A stretch of 64,000 nucleotides of DNA, taken from the IMG/VR virus record IMGVR_UViG_3300035428_000399, positions 1-64,000 of that record; one strand, written 5' to 3'. The number at the start of each line of letters is the position of its first letter. The stretch's first letter is position 1. Position numbers and translations under genes: made by a program. Shown here piece by piece: positions 36,885 through 46,346 of the stretch. The notes under the pieces are model-generated. The model saw nothing but the letters and a program-made list of their open reading frames with translations. It had not been told where the DNA came from and did no database searches. The DNA comes from a virus. Taxonomy: Duplodnaviria; Caudoviricetes.

Positions 36885-39800
36885 ATGGCTGACAACGATG
36901 TAAGAACGAAAATATTGGATATTCAGGTGCGTTATCAGGACGCACTTGATAAGATTGCGAAGTATCGCAAGGAAGTTGCCGACGCTATGGCCCGGCAGAA
37001 AGACCTCAAGAAAGAGTTGGATGCCGGCAGTATTACGCAGGAAGAGTATGCCCGTCAGGTTGAGACCACTCGCATATTCATCACACAACAGAACACTGCG
37101 ATTAACACCCTCACTCGCCAAATCAACAACCAGGAGAAAGCCCAGCAGGAAAACCTCGGCTCCCTCGTACAGTGGCGAGCAGAGCTGTCTAACCTTACGG
37201 CCGAGTATGACCGACTGAGTGAGGCAGATAGGACCGGAGAAGTCGGTGAAAACTTAAAAGCCCAGATTAACGACCTCACAACGAAACTCAAAGAGGCTGA
37301 GCAAGGCACGCAACGATTCTTCCGAAACGTCGGCAACTATCCCAATGCAATGGGGCAGGCTGCCAGTGCGACGAATGGACTCGTGGAAGCTCTATCGAAA
37401 GAGTGTAAGACAGCCGAGGATGCGCAAGACGCTAACGAAATACTGAAACGTGCGCTTGCCGGTATAGACCCGTCGGCCGAGGGAGCCACTGATGCGATTG
37501 AAACCCTCAACAAGAAGATTGAGGAGAACAACCAGATTATTAAACAGCACGAAGAACAGAGCGAAGGCCTTGTAGATTCTCTCGGCGATCTCGTTGGCAT
37601 CAATACCAAGTTCGGCAGCTCACTTGAGAACCTATCAAAAAACTCTGCAGGCTCCGTCATGGAGGGTTTGAATGTAAAGGCTAAAGCATTGTGGCAGACT
37701 CTGACTGGGCTTCTTGCGAATCCTTACGTTCTTGCCTTTCTTGGCATTGCTGCAGCGGGCATGGCTGTGAAATGGTGGTATGACTATAACAAAGGTCTCG
37801 TAGAAGCTACGAAACTTACTGGTGATCTTACCGGAAAGACCGGCGATGACCTTAAGAATTTCAGGAATGAGGTCCAAGCGACCGCCGACACCTTCAACCA
37901 GGATTTTGAAACAGTTCTCGAAGCTGCGAATAACTATGCCCAGCAATACGGCATCAGCGTTGATGAAGCCCTTAAAAAAATACAAGATGGCTTTATATCA
38001 GGAGCCAATGCTAACGGACAGTATCTTGATAGTCTGAAAGAGTTCCCGGCGTATTTCCGCGAGGCCGGCGTAAGTGCCGACGGTTTTGTTGCCATCATGT
38101 CTCAGACGAGCAAGATGGGCGTAACAAGCAACAAGGCTCTCGATACCATCAAGGAGGGCAATATTCGTATTCGCGAAATGTCCACTGCCACGGCAGAAGC
38201 CCTAGACAATCTGGGACTCAACTCCAAGAAGATTCAGCAGGAGTTAGCAGCCGGCACTACTACCACTTTTGAAGTGATGCAAAAAGTCAGCACAAAACTG
38301 TCTGAAATCCCTGAAAGCGCGCAAGTTGCCGGCGAAGCCATCACAAATATCTTTGGCGGTCCTGGTGAGGATGCCGGCTATAAGTATCTCACGACTCTCA
38401 AAGACATCAGCACCAATCTCGACGATGTGAAAGAAAGGTCCGGAGAAATGGGACGTCTTCAGCAGGAGCAATTGCAGAGTCAGGTAGAACTTGACAATGC
38501 AATCTCCGCATTGTTTGATGCAACCGGCGGAACGTTTGAGTCCATGACCACGCAGGCGAAGACGTTTGTCAATAAGGGCATTGTATCAGTCATCAAGGGC
38601 GTAGTGGATATATGCAATTGGTTTATTGACATGTATAATAAATCAGTCGTTGTACGCGCCGGTGTCGCAGGGTTAACCGCAAGTTTCAAAATGAGTTGGT
38701 CCATTATCAAGAATGTCTGCAAACTAATTGTTGACGAGATAATGGCCCTCGGTAAAATAATCAAGGGTGTATTAACCCTCAGTTGGGATGATGTAGCTGC
38801 CGGTTGGAACCAGTTCAGAAAAGCCTCCACTCAAGCAGTCAAGAATATCGCTAAGGACTATGTAGATGGGGTTGGCGACGCTGTTGATTCAACGTTGCAT
38901 GGGCAGATGGAGAAGATATCCCTCGACCTATCCAAATACGGTACCGAGAATACTCCTGCCAGTGACGGAAACGCTGGTGGTGGCGGAGGAGGTAAAAAAC
39001 ATGCCACGAAGAAGACAGGTAGCGGAAAGACCGGGACCACCAGCAAAGGTTCGTCTGCATCTGATCCGGCCAAGGTGGAAGCTGAATTACTGCGCAAGGC
39101 TGAGGATGAACTGTTGAAGATAACGAAGCAGTCCGCCGAGACGCGCCGTAAGCAGCTTGAGCTCTCGTATGATCGTCAGATAGAAGATTATAAGAAGAAA
39201 CTTGCCGAAGATAAAACCCTCACTGAACAGAGCAAGGCTGCTATTCTCAGCATTATAGATTCACTCGGCCAGCAGAAAGCCAAAGCTATTGCGGAGTTCG
39301 ATGATGAGGAACTGCGCAAACAGATTGAGCACAATACTAAACTCATTGAACTGAAGCTCTCTGCCGCAGAGGAAGGAACTAAGGAAGAACTTGAGCTGAA
39401 ACTCCAAGCTATCGACCAAAAGGAAAAACTTGACCTTGCTCAAGCCGAAAAAGACTATGAAAATGAAATAGAACGTCAAGAGGCTCTTGCTGCCATCCGT
39501 GAGAAATACCAGAAAGAGCGAGAGGAGGCTGAGGACGCCAGTAAGACACTCACTTATGAGAGGCAGAAGCAGGTTCTCGAGAATGAAATTGAGCAACTTG
39601 ACATTGCTGAAACTGAAAAGCAGCTACATCGCGACGGGTGGCGCACCATGACCGATGAGGAAATGGAAGCTGACCAAGAACGGAAATTACAGTCGATAGG
39701 TGGGTATGAAGCTGAAAAACTTCGTATGGAGAGGGATGCGGCCGAACAAGCATATCAGGCATTGCTTGAACGCGGTCAGCTATCTACACAAACCGAAGCG

Positions 39801-40466
39801 GAATGGCAAAATGAACAGAATAACGCCAAACAAGAGTGGCTGAATAAGCAAGTTGCAATAAATGAGGCGTATGTCAAAAATGAGCAAGCAAAGGCTCAAG
39901 CCGCCAGAGCTGTATCGAATAGCTTAATTAGTCTATTAGAGGCAGTCGGTGAAGAAGGGTCTGCTGCTGCAAAAATGGCAAAGGTTATTGCTTTGGCACA
40001 GATAGCCATTGATACCGGTAAAGCGTTATCCGCAGGTATCGCCAGCGCCTCGGCTGTCCCATTCCCCGGCAACCTTGTAGCAATTGCCACAACCGTTGCA
40101 ACTGTCCTCGCAAACGTCGCTACGGCTATTTCCACGGTCAAGAGTGCGAAATTTGCCACGGGTGGTAAAGTTAATGGTCCGGGGTCAGGAACGAGCGACA
40201 GTATACCCGCAATGCTCTCTAACGGCGAGTATGTAATGACAGCACGAGCCACAAGGCTGTTTGAGCCCCTCCTTGCCGCTATGAATGGCATCGGCGCCGG
40301 CGTACCGATTCAGGTAGCCAACTCTTATCAGAGTGTTGATAACGCCGAAATGATGACGGACTCGTTCAAAGAAGCCGCACGAGAGATTAAACCAGTGGTA
40401 TCGGTAGTCGAGATTACCGAGGCACAGGAGAGAGTAGATATGATTGAAAACTTAGACAACTTCTAA
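36885..40466 (+). CDS. tail tape measure protein
   Basis: 1193 aa, coiled-coil, RFFRNVGNY, C-terminal GTSDSIPAMLSNGEYV. Confidence 0.9.
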   Translation: MADNDVRTKILDIQVRYQDALDKIAKYRKEVADAMARQKDLKKELDAGSITQEEYARQVETTRIFITQQNTAINTLTRQINNQEKAQQENLGSLVQWRAELSNLTAEYDRLSEADRTGEVGENLKAQINDLTTKLKEAEQGTQRFFRNVGNYPNAMGQAASATNGLVEALSKECKTAEDAQDANEILKRALAGIDPSAEGATDAIETLNKKIEENNQIIKQHEEQSEGLVDSLGDLVGINTKFGSSLENLSKNSAGSVMEGLNVKAKALWQTLTGLLANPYVLAFLGIAAAGMAVKWWYDYNKGLVEATKLTGDLTGKTGDDLKNFRNEVQATADTFNQDFETVLEAANNYAQQYGISVDEALKKIQDGFISGANANGQYLDSLKEFPAYFREAGVSADGFVAIMSQTSKMGVTSNKALDTIKEGNIRIREMSTATAEALDNLGLNSKKIQQELAAGTTTTFEVMQKVSTKLSEIPESAQVAGEAITNIFGGPGEDAGYKYLTTLKDISTNLDDVKERSGEMGRLQQEQLQSQVELDNAISALFDATGGTFESMTTQAKTFVNKGIVSVIKGVVDICNWFIDMYNKSVVVRAGVAGLTASFKMSWSIIKNVCKLIVDEIMALGKIIKGVLTLSWDDVAAGWNQFRKASTQAVKNIAKDYVDGVGDAVDSTLHGQMEKISLDLSKYGTENTPASDGNAGGGGGGKKHATKKTGSGKTGTTSKGSSASDPAKVEAELLRKAEDELLKITKQSAETRRKQLELSYDRQIEDYKKKLAEDKTLTEQSKAAILSIIDSLGQQKAKAIAEFDDEELRKQIEHNTKLIELKLSAAEEGTKEELELKLQAIDQKEKLDLAQAEKDYENEIERQEALAAIREKYQKEREEAEDASKTLTYERQKQVLENEIEQLDIAETEKQLHRDGWRTMTDEEMEADQERKLQSIGGYEAEKLRMERDAAEQAYQALLERGQLSTQTEAEWQNEQNNAKQEWLNKQVAINEAYVKNEQAKAQAARAVSNSLISLLEAVGEEGSAAAKMAKVIALAQIAIDTGKALSAGIASASAVPFPGNLVAIATTVATVLANVATAISTVKSAKFATGGKVNGPGSGTSDSIPAMLSNGEYVMTARATRLFEPLLAAMNGIGAGVPIQVANSYQSVDNAEMMTDSFKEAAREIKPVVSVVEITEAQERVDMIENLDNF

Positions 40467-40472
40467 CCCGAT

Positions 40473-40706
40473 ATGAACTGCTACGAACTAATTAAGAGCA
40501 ACTCCAGCCTGCTCCAAATCCTGAAAAACAATCAGATTAGCGTGAACGACATCGACAATCTCCAGATATACGAAGAGTTTCGCGAAATGAAGAAACAGAA
40601 TCACAAGACCGTGTACTGTGTGTATGTGCTTGCCGACAAATACGGCAAATCACAGCGCACGATATACAATATCATTGATCACTTCCGTAGCAACGTCGCG
40701 ATATAA
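40473..40706 (+). CDS. small HTH protein (Mor-like late regulator candidate)
   Basis: VLADKYGKSQRTIYNII. Confidence 0.6.
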   Translation: MNCYELIKSNSSLLQILKNNQISVNDIDNLQIYEEFREMKKQNHKTVYCVYVLADKYGKSQRTIYNIIDHFRSNVAI

Positions 40707-40750
40707 TAAGAGCCGGCAGAGTGTGTACCAGCCCTGTATAGTGCGGATTG

Positions 40751-41314
40751 TTAGAAGCCGTCCGAGAATGAAGTCTTTGAATTCTTGCCAAGAGCATCAG
40801 TTATAAGTGTGTGCTCTTTGGCAAGAATCTTGCCGACTTTATCTTTCTTCCATTCCTTTTCATACATTTTAGAATCGCCAAGCTCAATCCTTATTTTAGC
40901 GATTCCTGACTGGATCTGTTCAAGTTGTTCAGGTGTGATAGAGTATTGGGCCGATACCTCCCATATATTGATTCCGGAGATTGTTTTTAGCTCATCTGTG
41001 CCACCCATATAGGTAGACAGTTCGACTACGTTACCTGCCGTAGTTTTTATGAGCATTCGGCCTCCCTTGTGGATAGTTGTTACTTCCCCGCAGTTCAACT
41101 GGATACAGAGGGTATATAACCCCTCTCTCGATACTGGTTGCATATAGCTTAGCCCGATAAAGAGCTTCATTTTGTCGGAAAATCCTCCGACATTCTCCTT
41201 CGAGCAGAAGATATATCTATTGCCATCAGCAGGAGTGTCGTCTGAAATAATTTTCTGTGCGAATGCTGATGCCCCAATCAATAGGCACGCAAGCAGGGAC
41301 ATAACCTTATTCAT
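40751..41314 (-). CDS. secreted protein (moron)
   Basis: signal peptide MNKVMSLLACLLIGASAFA; opposite strand to the flanking virion genes. Confidence 0.75.
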   Translation of the reverse strand: MNKVMSLLACLLIGASAFAQKIISDDTPADGNRYIFCSKENVGGFSDKMKLFIGLSYMQPVSREGLYTLCIQLNCGEVTTIHKGGRMLIKTTAGNVVELSTYMGGTDELKTISGINIWEVSAQYSITPEQLEQIQSGIAKIRIELGDSKMYEKEWKKDKVGKILAKEHTLITDALGKNSKTSFSDGF

Positions 41315-41814
41315 ATCGTAGTCTTTAATAATTCAGGGTGGAAGAAACCAATCATCCAGCGGAAGATGCGGCAGGTATAGTAATGGTAGTCGTATGGAGC
41401 CTCAAAGAATCTTCTGTTCAATTCATCTTCGGCAGGTATACGGTCAACGTAACCGCCGTCAATCTCGATATGCCAGCCATCGAAATCGAAAGTGTCAGTC
41501 GCACCCTCTTTAGGAATTATTGGCAAGTGTAGGTTGTGGGGGTAGTTCTTCTTGGTAGAAAAGCCAGCTTTGAATACTCCACATACATAAATCGCCTTGT
41601 AGCTACCATCGGGTTGCTCATCAAAGGTTATTTCGTTTGGGAATGGCGCGTACTCGCCGGACACCTCATCTTTGTTCCAGGCTGCGCAGAACTTTTTACT
41701 CCACGAGCCTTTTACGCAAGCGGCACAATGGTGTCTTATATCTCCCTCCCGGACATATTTGGTCCAGAAGTATTTGAATTTTGTCGGGTCGATGTTATGT
41801 CTGATAGTTACCAT
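41311..41814 (-). CDS. uncharacterised Cys/His-motif protein, paralog of 26073-26543
   Basis: WTKYVREGDIRHHC, YVCGV, NLHLP, YTCR. Confidence 0.7.
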   Translation of the reverse strand: MVTIRHNIDPTKFKYFWTKYVREGDIRHHCAACVKGSWSKKFCAAWNKDEVSGEYAPFPNEITFDEQPDGSYKAIYVCGVFKAGFSTKKNYPHNLHLPIIPKEGATDTFDFDGWHIEIDGGYVDRIPAEDELNRRFFEAPYDYHYYTCRIFRWMIGFFHPELLKTTI

Positions 41815-41855
41815 AGTCACTTCATATTTGCGGTTCAACATAGGCAACCACCCAC

Positions 41856-42016
41856 AAAAAGACGCAGGACAGGAGCCTAACGTCGTCCGGCCTACCACAG
41901 CCGTTTACCCAATAGGTCGTGTCCTGCGCGTATATGCACACAGAGCCACTATGCCCAGTGGGTAAACTTTCGATAGCCCGATGTTATCAGTGTGGTAGTT
42001 CGACGACGATTAGGCT
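41856..42016 (-). promoter_or_regulatory. structured leader / attenuator (C4-like architecture)
   Basis: nested complementary blocks AGCCTAA/TTAGGCT, CGTCGTC/GACGACG, CTACCACA/TGTGGTAG, TTTACCCA/TGGGTAAA; alternative CGCAGGACA/TGTCCTGCG helix followed by U5. Confidence 0.6.
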
Positions 42017-42071
42017 ATAGTATGTCTGCTGATTTACTATTCAGCTCGCTCGCCAAGTTCCTCAGCGACTG

Positions 42072-42079
42072 CAAAGGTA
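42072..42079 (-). promoter_or_regulatory. -7 element driving the leftward moron operon
   Basis: TACCTTTG on the minus strand; -33 box degenerate. Confidence 0.5.
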
Positions 42080-42119
42080 CGAATAATCCGCGACGTGACC
42101 TAATCAGAGCGAGAAAAAT

Positions 42120-42214
42120 TTGCAGATTTGATTAAAATAACGGCTATAAAAGTTGCAGGAATGATTATTTTTGATTATCTTTGCGTATGCAAATAAGATA
42201 AAACTAATCAAAAA
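42120..42214 (+). promoter_or_regulatory. conserved promoter module, copy D
   Basis: GTTG 42152, 20-nt spacer, TATCTTTG 42176-42183, TGCAAATAAG 42188, TAATCAAAA 42206. Confidence 0.8.
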
Positions 42215-42225
42215 CATCGGACACG

Positions 42226-42510
42226 ATGAGCAATCAAATCAATACACCGGCGCCCAACGAGGGCACATATAAGGCGACAGTGGTCGAATATGACGACTTT
42301 GCTGTGAAGAGAGAGTTTGTAGCTGAAGCTCCCACCAAAGAGGAGCTGTTCAGAAGATTCTACGAATGGAACCGCACACTCCGCTACTGTAACGGCTGCT
42401 ATTTCAAGTTCTTCGATGAGAACGTTAAGGCCGAGTACCACTCGTGGTACGAGTCTCTTTCCGAAATGACAAGATTTGATATGTATTATGGCGATGGAAT
42501 CGTTGACTAA
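42226..42510 (+). CDS. hypothetical protein
   Basis: first ORF after copy D; RTLRYCNG motif. Confidence 0.65.
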   Translation: MSNQINTPAPNEGTYKATVVEYDDFAVKREFVAEAPTKEELFRRFYEWNRTLRYCNGCYFKFFDENVKAEYHSWYESLSEMTRFDMYYGDGIVD

Positions 42511-42901
42511 TGCCCCGGTAGTGGATTGCCAGGAGCTACGCTCCCTCATTACTTGCGCTATGGACTACGGCTATCAGTTTGGCCTCGCCAATCTGTTGGC
42601 TATCGAGAACCCCATCGACGCGGATCCTTACTTTGAGCAGACCGTAGACGCAATTTTCGATGGGCGAGACATCTTCTTCACGGATGTGGAGAATGGCAAG
42701 AGATTCCGGCTCTGCAAAGATTCTCTTCTCAAAGCCGCGTATGAATATGCCAAGATGTATCCCGAAATCTATTCCGAGATCGGTGGTGCTGATGGCTATA
42801 TTCCACAAGTCGGCATGAAGATTCTTCTTTGTGCTTTGTATGGTTGGCCGATGGTTATCACAGAAGTAGGTACTCGCTTTGAGAGATTCCTGAAGTTATG
42901 A
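42488..42901 (+). CDS. hypothetical protein
   Basis: coupled ORF; start uncertain. Confidence 0.55.
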   Translation: MAMESLTNAPVVDCQELRSLITCAMDYGYQFGLANLLAIENPIDADPYFEQTVDAIFDGRDIFFTDVENGKRFRLCKDSLLKAAYEYAKMYPEIYSEIGGADGYIPQVGMKILLCALYGWPMVITEVGTRFERFLKL

Positions 42902-42986
42902 CTACACATAAGAAACTTATAGACACCCTGAAAAGGATTACCAATCACGCAAGTAAGATATTCCCAATCAAAAAATTCACCGCAAT

Positions 42987-43253
42987 ATGGCAAGAGATTT
43001 AGGGCACTTTAAGTATGCTCCCAACAAAATTTATCGACTGAAAGTGCTGGCAATACACGCAGACATCAACGAAGAAGAACTCTACGATGATTACGAAGAG
43101 GCCCGACACGATTATGAAACATGGAAATACGACCAGCGCGTAATGGACGCGCATGGTTGTGTATCGCTCGTAGAAATGAGCACTAACCCTATGTCCGAAG
43201 ACAAGCCGAATAAGTTCATTGTCACCAAAGAACTTGGCGATCACCAATGGTAA
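42987..43253 (+). CDS. hypothetical protein
   Basis: preceded by a variant leader GCAAGTAAGAT...AATCAAAAA. Confidence 0.6.
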   Translation: MARDLGHFKYAPNKIYRLKVLAIHADINEEELYDDYEEARHDYETWKYDQRVMDAHGCVSLVEMSTNPMSEDKPNKFIVTKELGDHQW

Positions 43254-43271
43254 CCCTCAACTCAAAATAAA

Positions 43272-43646
43272 ATGTCAGCAACAGCAGAACTTATGGAAAT
43301 TGGTCTGGCTCCTGGGTGTGTTCATACCAATGCACGAGAGAAGAAATACTATCTAATGAAACGCTTTGTCAGAGCCGCAATCCAGTACGCAGAGCGTGTC
43401 CAAAAGACAACAGTGAAAATCGTGGCTTTCTTCCTCTATGAGACACCTTTCAACAGCATCGTTATGGTGAACAACGAAAGCACATTCAACGACGTGTCGG
43501 ACATCTTCTGCACGCCCGAATTTACCAACGATGAACGTCGGGAAATCCTCATAAACCTCAAAGTCACAGATAACGAGACGTGCGAAGCAGCCTCTCGTGG
43601 ATATCGACTCTCTTCGGCTCCAGTTTTAGCAGTAATAACATTCTAA
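43272..43646 (+). CDS. hypothetical protein
   Basis: A-rich start context. Confidence 0.55.
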   Translation: MSATAELMEIGLAPGCVHTNAREKKYYLMKRFVRAAIQYAERVQKTTVKIVAFFLYETPFNSIVMVNNESTFNDVSDIFCTPEFTNDERREILINLKVTDNETCEAASRGYRLSSAPVLAVITF

Positions 43647-43659
43647 ATTAAATATCAAT

Positions 43660-44367
43660 ATGCCAAACCACATCACAAGTCGCCTGACAATCACAGGCGA
43701 GGCTGCAGAAGTAGCAAAAGTGTTCGCTTTCATCAAAGCCGACGAACCCGATAAAGACGGATCATATCGTCTAATGGACCTCAACAAAATCGTTCCGATG
43801 CCTGAAGAACTTGACATCGAAAGTTCTACACTCGTTGAAGACGGCGCCGACTACCTCTTAGGGCTTTCGGGGAATTGCCTTGAAGTTGCGGACTTCAAAC
43901 AGACTTCCAAATACCAGCGCATGGCAAAAATGGAAAAGGAGAACCCCAAAATGTTTGAACAGGCAATAGAGCTCGGCAGAAAGAAATTGCATAACATCGC
44001 CAACTACGGAGATGGCGATTGGTATAGTTGGAGAATATCAAACTGGGGAACCAAATGGAACGCCTACAGCCACCATCAGGTGGACAAAAACACAATCGAA
44101 TTCCAGACGGCGTGGAACGGAATCCCACAGATTATCGCACTCATCGCTGAGGAATTCCCCACTGTCTTCATCGAATATAAATTTGCCGACGAAAACGCCG
44201 GCTACAATGTCGGTCACTTCAAATTCCACGACGGAGAGATAGAAGACCTAAGCCCGGAGGACGACACGCCCGAAGCGTGGGAGCTTGTTTTTGAACTCGG
44301 CGTAAGAGACAGAGAAGATTATGTTCAACTGCCCAACGGCTCGTGGGAATATCGCAACGATGAATAG
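43660..44367 (+). CDS. DUF1281/YubB-like ferredoxin-fold protein
   Basis: MPNHITSRLTITG...WYSWRISNWGTKWNA...FQTAW. Confidence 0.8.
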   Translation: MPNHITSRLTITGEAAEVAKVFAFIKADEPDKDGSYRLMDLNKIVPMPEELDIESSTLVEDGADYLLGLSGNCLEVADFKQTSKYQRMAKMEKENPKMFEQAIELGRKKLHNIANYGDGDWYSWRISNWGTKWNAYSHHQVDKNTIEFQTAWNGIPQIIALIAEEFPTVFIEYKFADENAGYNVGHFKFHDGEIEDLSPEDDTPEAWELVFELGVRDREDYVQLPNGSWEYRNDE

Positions 44368-44761
44368 AGAGAAAAACTCACACCCGAAACTTGTGGCATT
44401 CATAAACTCCGACGTGAACAAACGTAACAACGAAAGCCCGGAGTTTATGATGCTACAGAGCGGATATGCGAACGGATACGTCGCTATTCCGCCGTCACAT
44501 CCTGACTATGGGAAAAATCTAATGGACGACGAATCGATCGAAGTCCATGGCGGCGTAACTTTCTGCGAGTCATATGCAACCTGCAAGAAAAGCTTCAAAA
44601 ATATGGAATTTATAGGTGAAGCATCAGGAGTCAAAGGACATTGGTGGGTGATTGGTTTTGATACCTGCCACTTCTCAGACAGCCTTGAGCGATGCCCTCG
44701 CGAATATGTAATCAAAGAAGTCAATCATCTTAAATCTCAACTCGAACAAAGATGGAATTAG
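44360..44761 (+). CDS. conserved phage protein
   Basis: GYANGYV...VHGGVTF...WVIGFDTCH. Confidence 0.7.
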   Translation: MNREKNSHPKLVAFINSDVNKRNNESPEFMMLQSGYANGYVAIPPSHPDYGKNLMDDESIEVHGGVTFCESYATCKKSFKNMEFIGEASGVKGHWWVIGFDTCHFSDSLERCPREYVIKEVNHLKSQLEQRWN

Positions 44762-45162
44762 GCAAGCACATTGGCGATGGAGAATGGGTCTACGGGTCGT
44801 TACTTCAGGAGCAGATAAGTGGATGCACAACCGAGAGCATTATTGTCGATCATGGTTTCGTCCGAAAGTACAAGCAGGCCCAGGTTGGCACCGTCGGACA
44901 GTTTACCGGTATGACCGACTGCGACAAGAGGGATATCTATGAGGGCGATACTCTTATTGAGCCATCCGTTGCAACAATTCCTCTTGAAGTGAAGTACAAC
45001 GAGAAGCAATGCGCGTTCTGTCTCATCGAGCACACCCACACCGAAGGGCCATTGCTGGGAACGTGCCCTCTGGGCGATATGCTCCGGCATTATCCTTCCA
45101 TGAAAGTGGTAGGTAACATACACGATAACCCCGAAATTTTAACAAAATGGCAAACGAAATAA
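44752..45162 (+). CDS. YopX family protein
   Basis: WVYGSL...TVGQFTGMTD...IYEGD...VVGNIHDNPEIL. Confidence 0.9.
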   Translation: MELGKHIGDGEWVYGSLLQEQISGCTTESIIVDHGFVRKYKQAQVGTVGQFTGMTDCDKRDIYEGDTLIEPSVATIPLEVKYNEKQCAFCLIEHTHTEGPLLGTCPLGDMLRHYPSMKVVGNIHDNPEILTKWQTK

Positions 45163-45350
45163 CACCAGCCGAAGCAAGGAAAGCGATGATTTACTGCATC
45201 GACCAACTCATTGCCGGACTCCAGCGTAACCGCGAGATTTTAGCATCGGGCGGTCGTCTTGAGAACGAGCATTGGACTGACATCGCCGGAATATTGCGCG
45301 AGAATATGAATCTGCTGGGGAACCAGGACAAATACCTTACAGAAGACTGA
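45147..45350 (+). CDS. hypothetical protein
   Basis: coupled ORF. Confidence 0.5.
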   Translation: MANEITPAEARKAMIYCIDQLIAGLQRNREILASGGRLENEHWTDIAGILRENMNLLGNQDKYLTED

Positions 45351-45354
45351 TAGA

Positions 45355-45618
45355 ATGGTACGCAAAGTATGGTACGAGGCCATAGACCCCTATTACTCTG
45401 ATTGTGTGCAAACATTTATCGGCGCAAGCTGGGAAGATCTCGACAATCAGGAATACGAGCATGATAAATGGCTCGGTCGGGAACACCCCGCCGGCATTAG
45501 ATTTATCTACAATAAGCATACAATCTATGAAAGTGATTGTTCAGACTATGAAAAGGAGATTCACGAGACTTACTACAAAAAGTATCTCCAGAAGAATAAA
45601 TCCCGTGAGGAAGATTGA
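45355..45618 (+). CDS. hypothetical protein
   Basis: packed ORF. Confidence 0.6.
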   Translation: MVRKVWYEAIDPYYSDCVQTFIGASWEDLDNQEYEHDKWLGREHPAGIRFIYNKHTIYESDCSDYEKEIHETYYKKYLQKNKSREED

Positions 45619-45699
45619 ACGAAGCAAGTTAACCACATCGGCGCAGCTTTATCGTGAGATACGGCTGCATCATTATTTATGCGTAAGACTCTAAAAGTC

Positions 45700-45792
45700 T
45701 TGCAGATGCGATTAAAATAGTTGCTCTAAAATTTGCGTATGTGATTATTTATTGCTACTTTTGTATATGCAAATAAGATGATTTAATCAAAA
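45700..45792 (+). promoter_or_regulatory. conserved promoter module, copy E
   Basis: TTTG 45732, 20-nt spacer, TACTTTTG 45756-45763, TGCAAATAAG 45768, TAATCAAAA 45784. Confidence 0.8.
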
Positions 45793-45803
45793 CCGAAAAG
45801 ACC

Positions 45804-46022
45804 ATGATAGAGAAAGCCAAAATCCTCAAAATAGAGAACGCCAAACAGAGTATGGCAAACCTCCTGATGGCACTGAACGTCAAGTTCGCCTACGACTTCG
45901 GAACGTTCTACATCCTCAATACCCACAACCCCGAAAAGTTCCGCAACTTCTGTATGAAAAACGGAGTGAGTGAGTCCGAGTTAAACTCGATGACTATTAC
46001 AGAAGTAGAAAACGAATTATAA
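45804..46022 (+). CDS. hypothetical protein
   Basis: first ORF after copy E. Confidence 0.6.
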   Translation: MIEKAKILKIENAKQSMANLLMALNVKFAYDFGTFYILNTHNPEKFRNFCMKNGVSESELNSMTITEVENEL

Positions 46023-46037
46023 GAATTACACTTCATC

Positions 46038-46063
46038 TTAGGCCCTGCTTCGGCGGGGCCTAA
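46038..46063 (+). terminator. stable UUCG hairpin (terminator or RNA-stability element)
   Basis: TTAGGCCCTGC-TTCG-GCGGGGCCTAA; no strong U-tract. Confidence 0.5.
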
Positions 46064-46085
46064 TACTTCACACCCCTACGCAAAT

Positions 46086-46328
46086 ATGAGCGCACAAAAC
46101 GAAAAGAAAAAGTATCTCCGTTGCGTCAAGGAATTCCTCTGCCGCGTGAATGTTCCCGGAGCGATGAACCATATCGATGATGATGCTTTCATGATGGAGC
46201 GAGTGTTCCCCATCGCAAACGAGCAATTCAAAGTCGAGTATTGGCGATATAAAAGTGCCGACCATTACCTGCGCAATAAGGATTTCTACGAGAATCCTGC
46301 AAACTACGAAATTCACCCGATTTTTTAA
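46086..46328 (+). CDS. hypothetical protein
   Basis: packed ORF. Confidence 0.55.
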   Translation: MSAQNEKKKYLRCVKEFLCRVNVPGAMNHIDDDAFMMERVFPIANEQFKVEYWRYKSADHYLRNKDFYENPANYEIHPIF

Positions 46329-46346
46329 CAACATAATCATCCGAAC

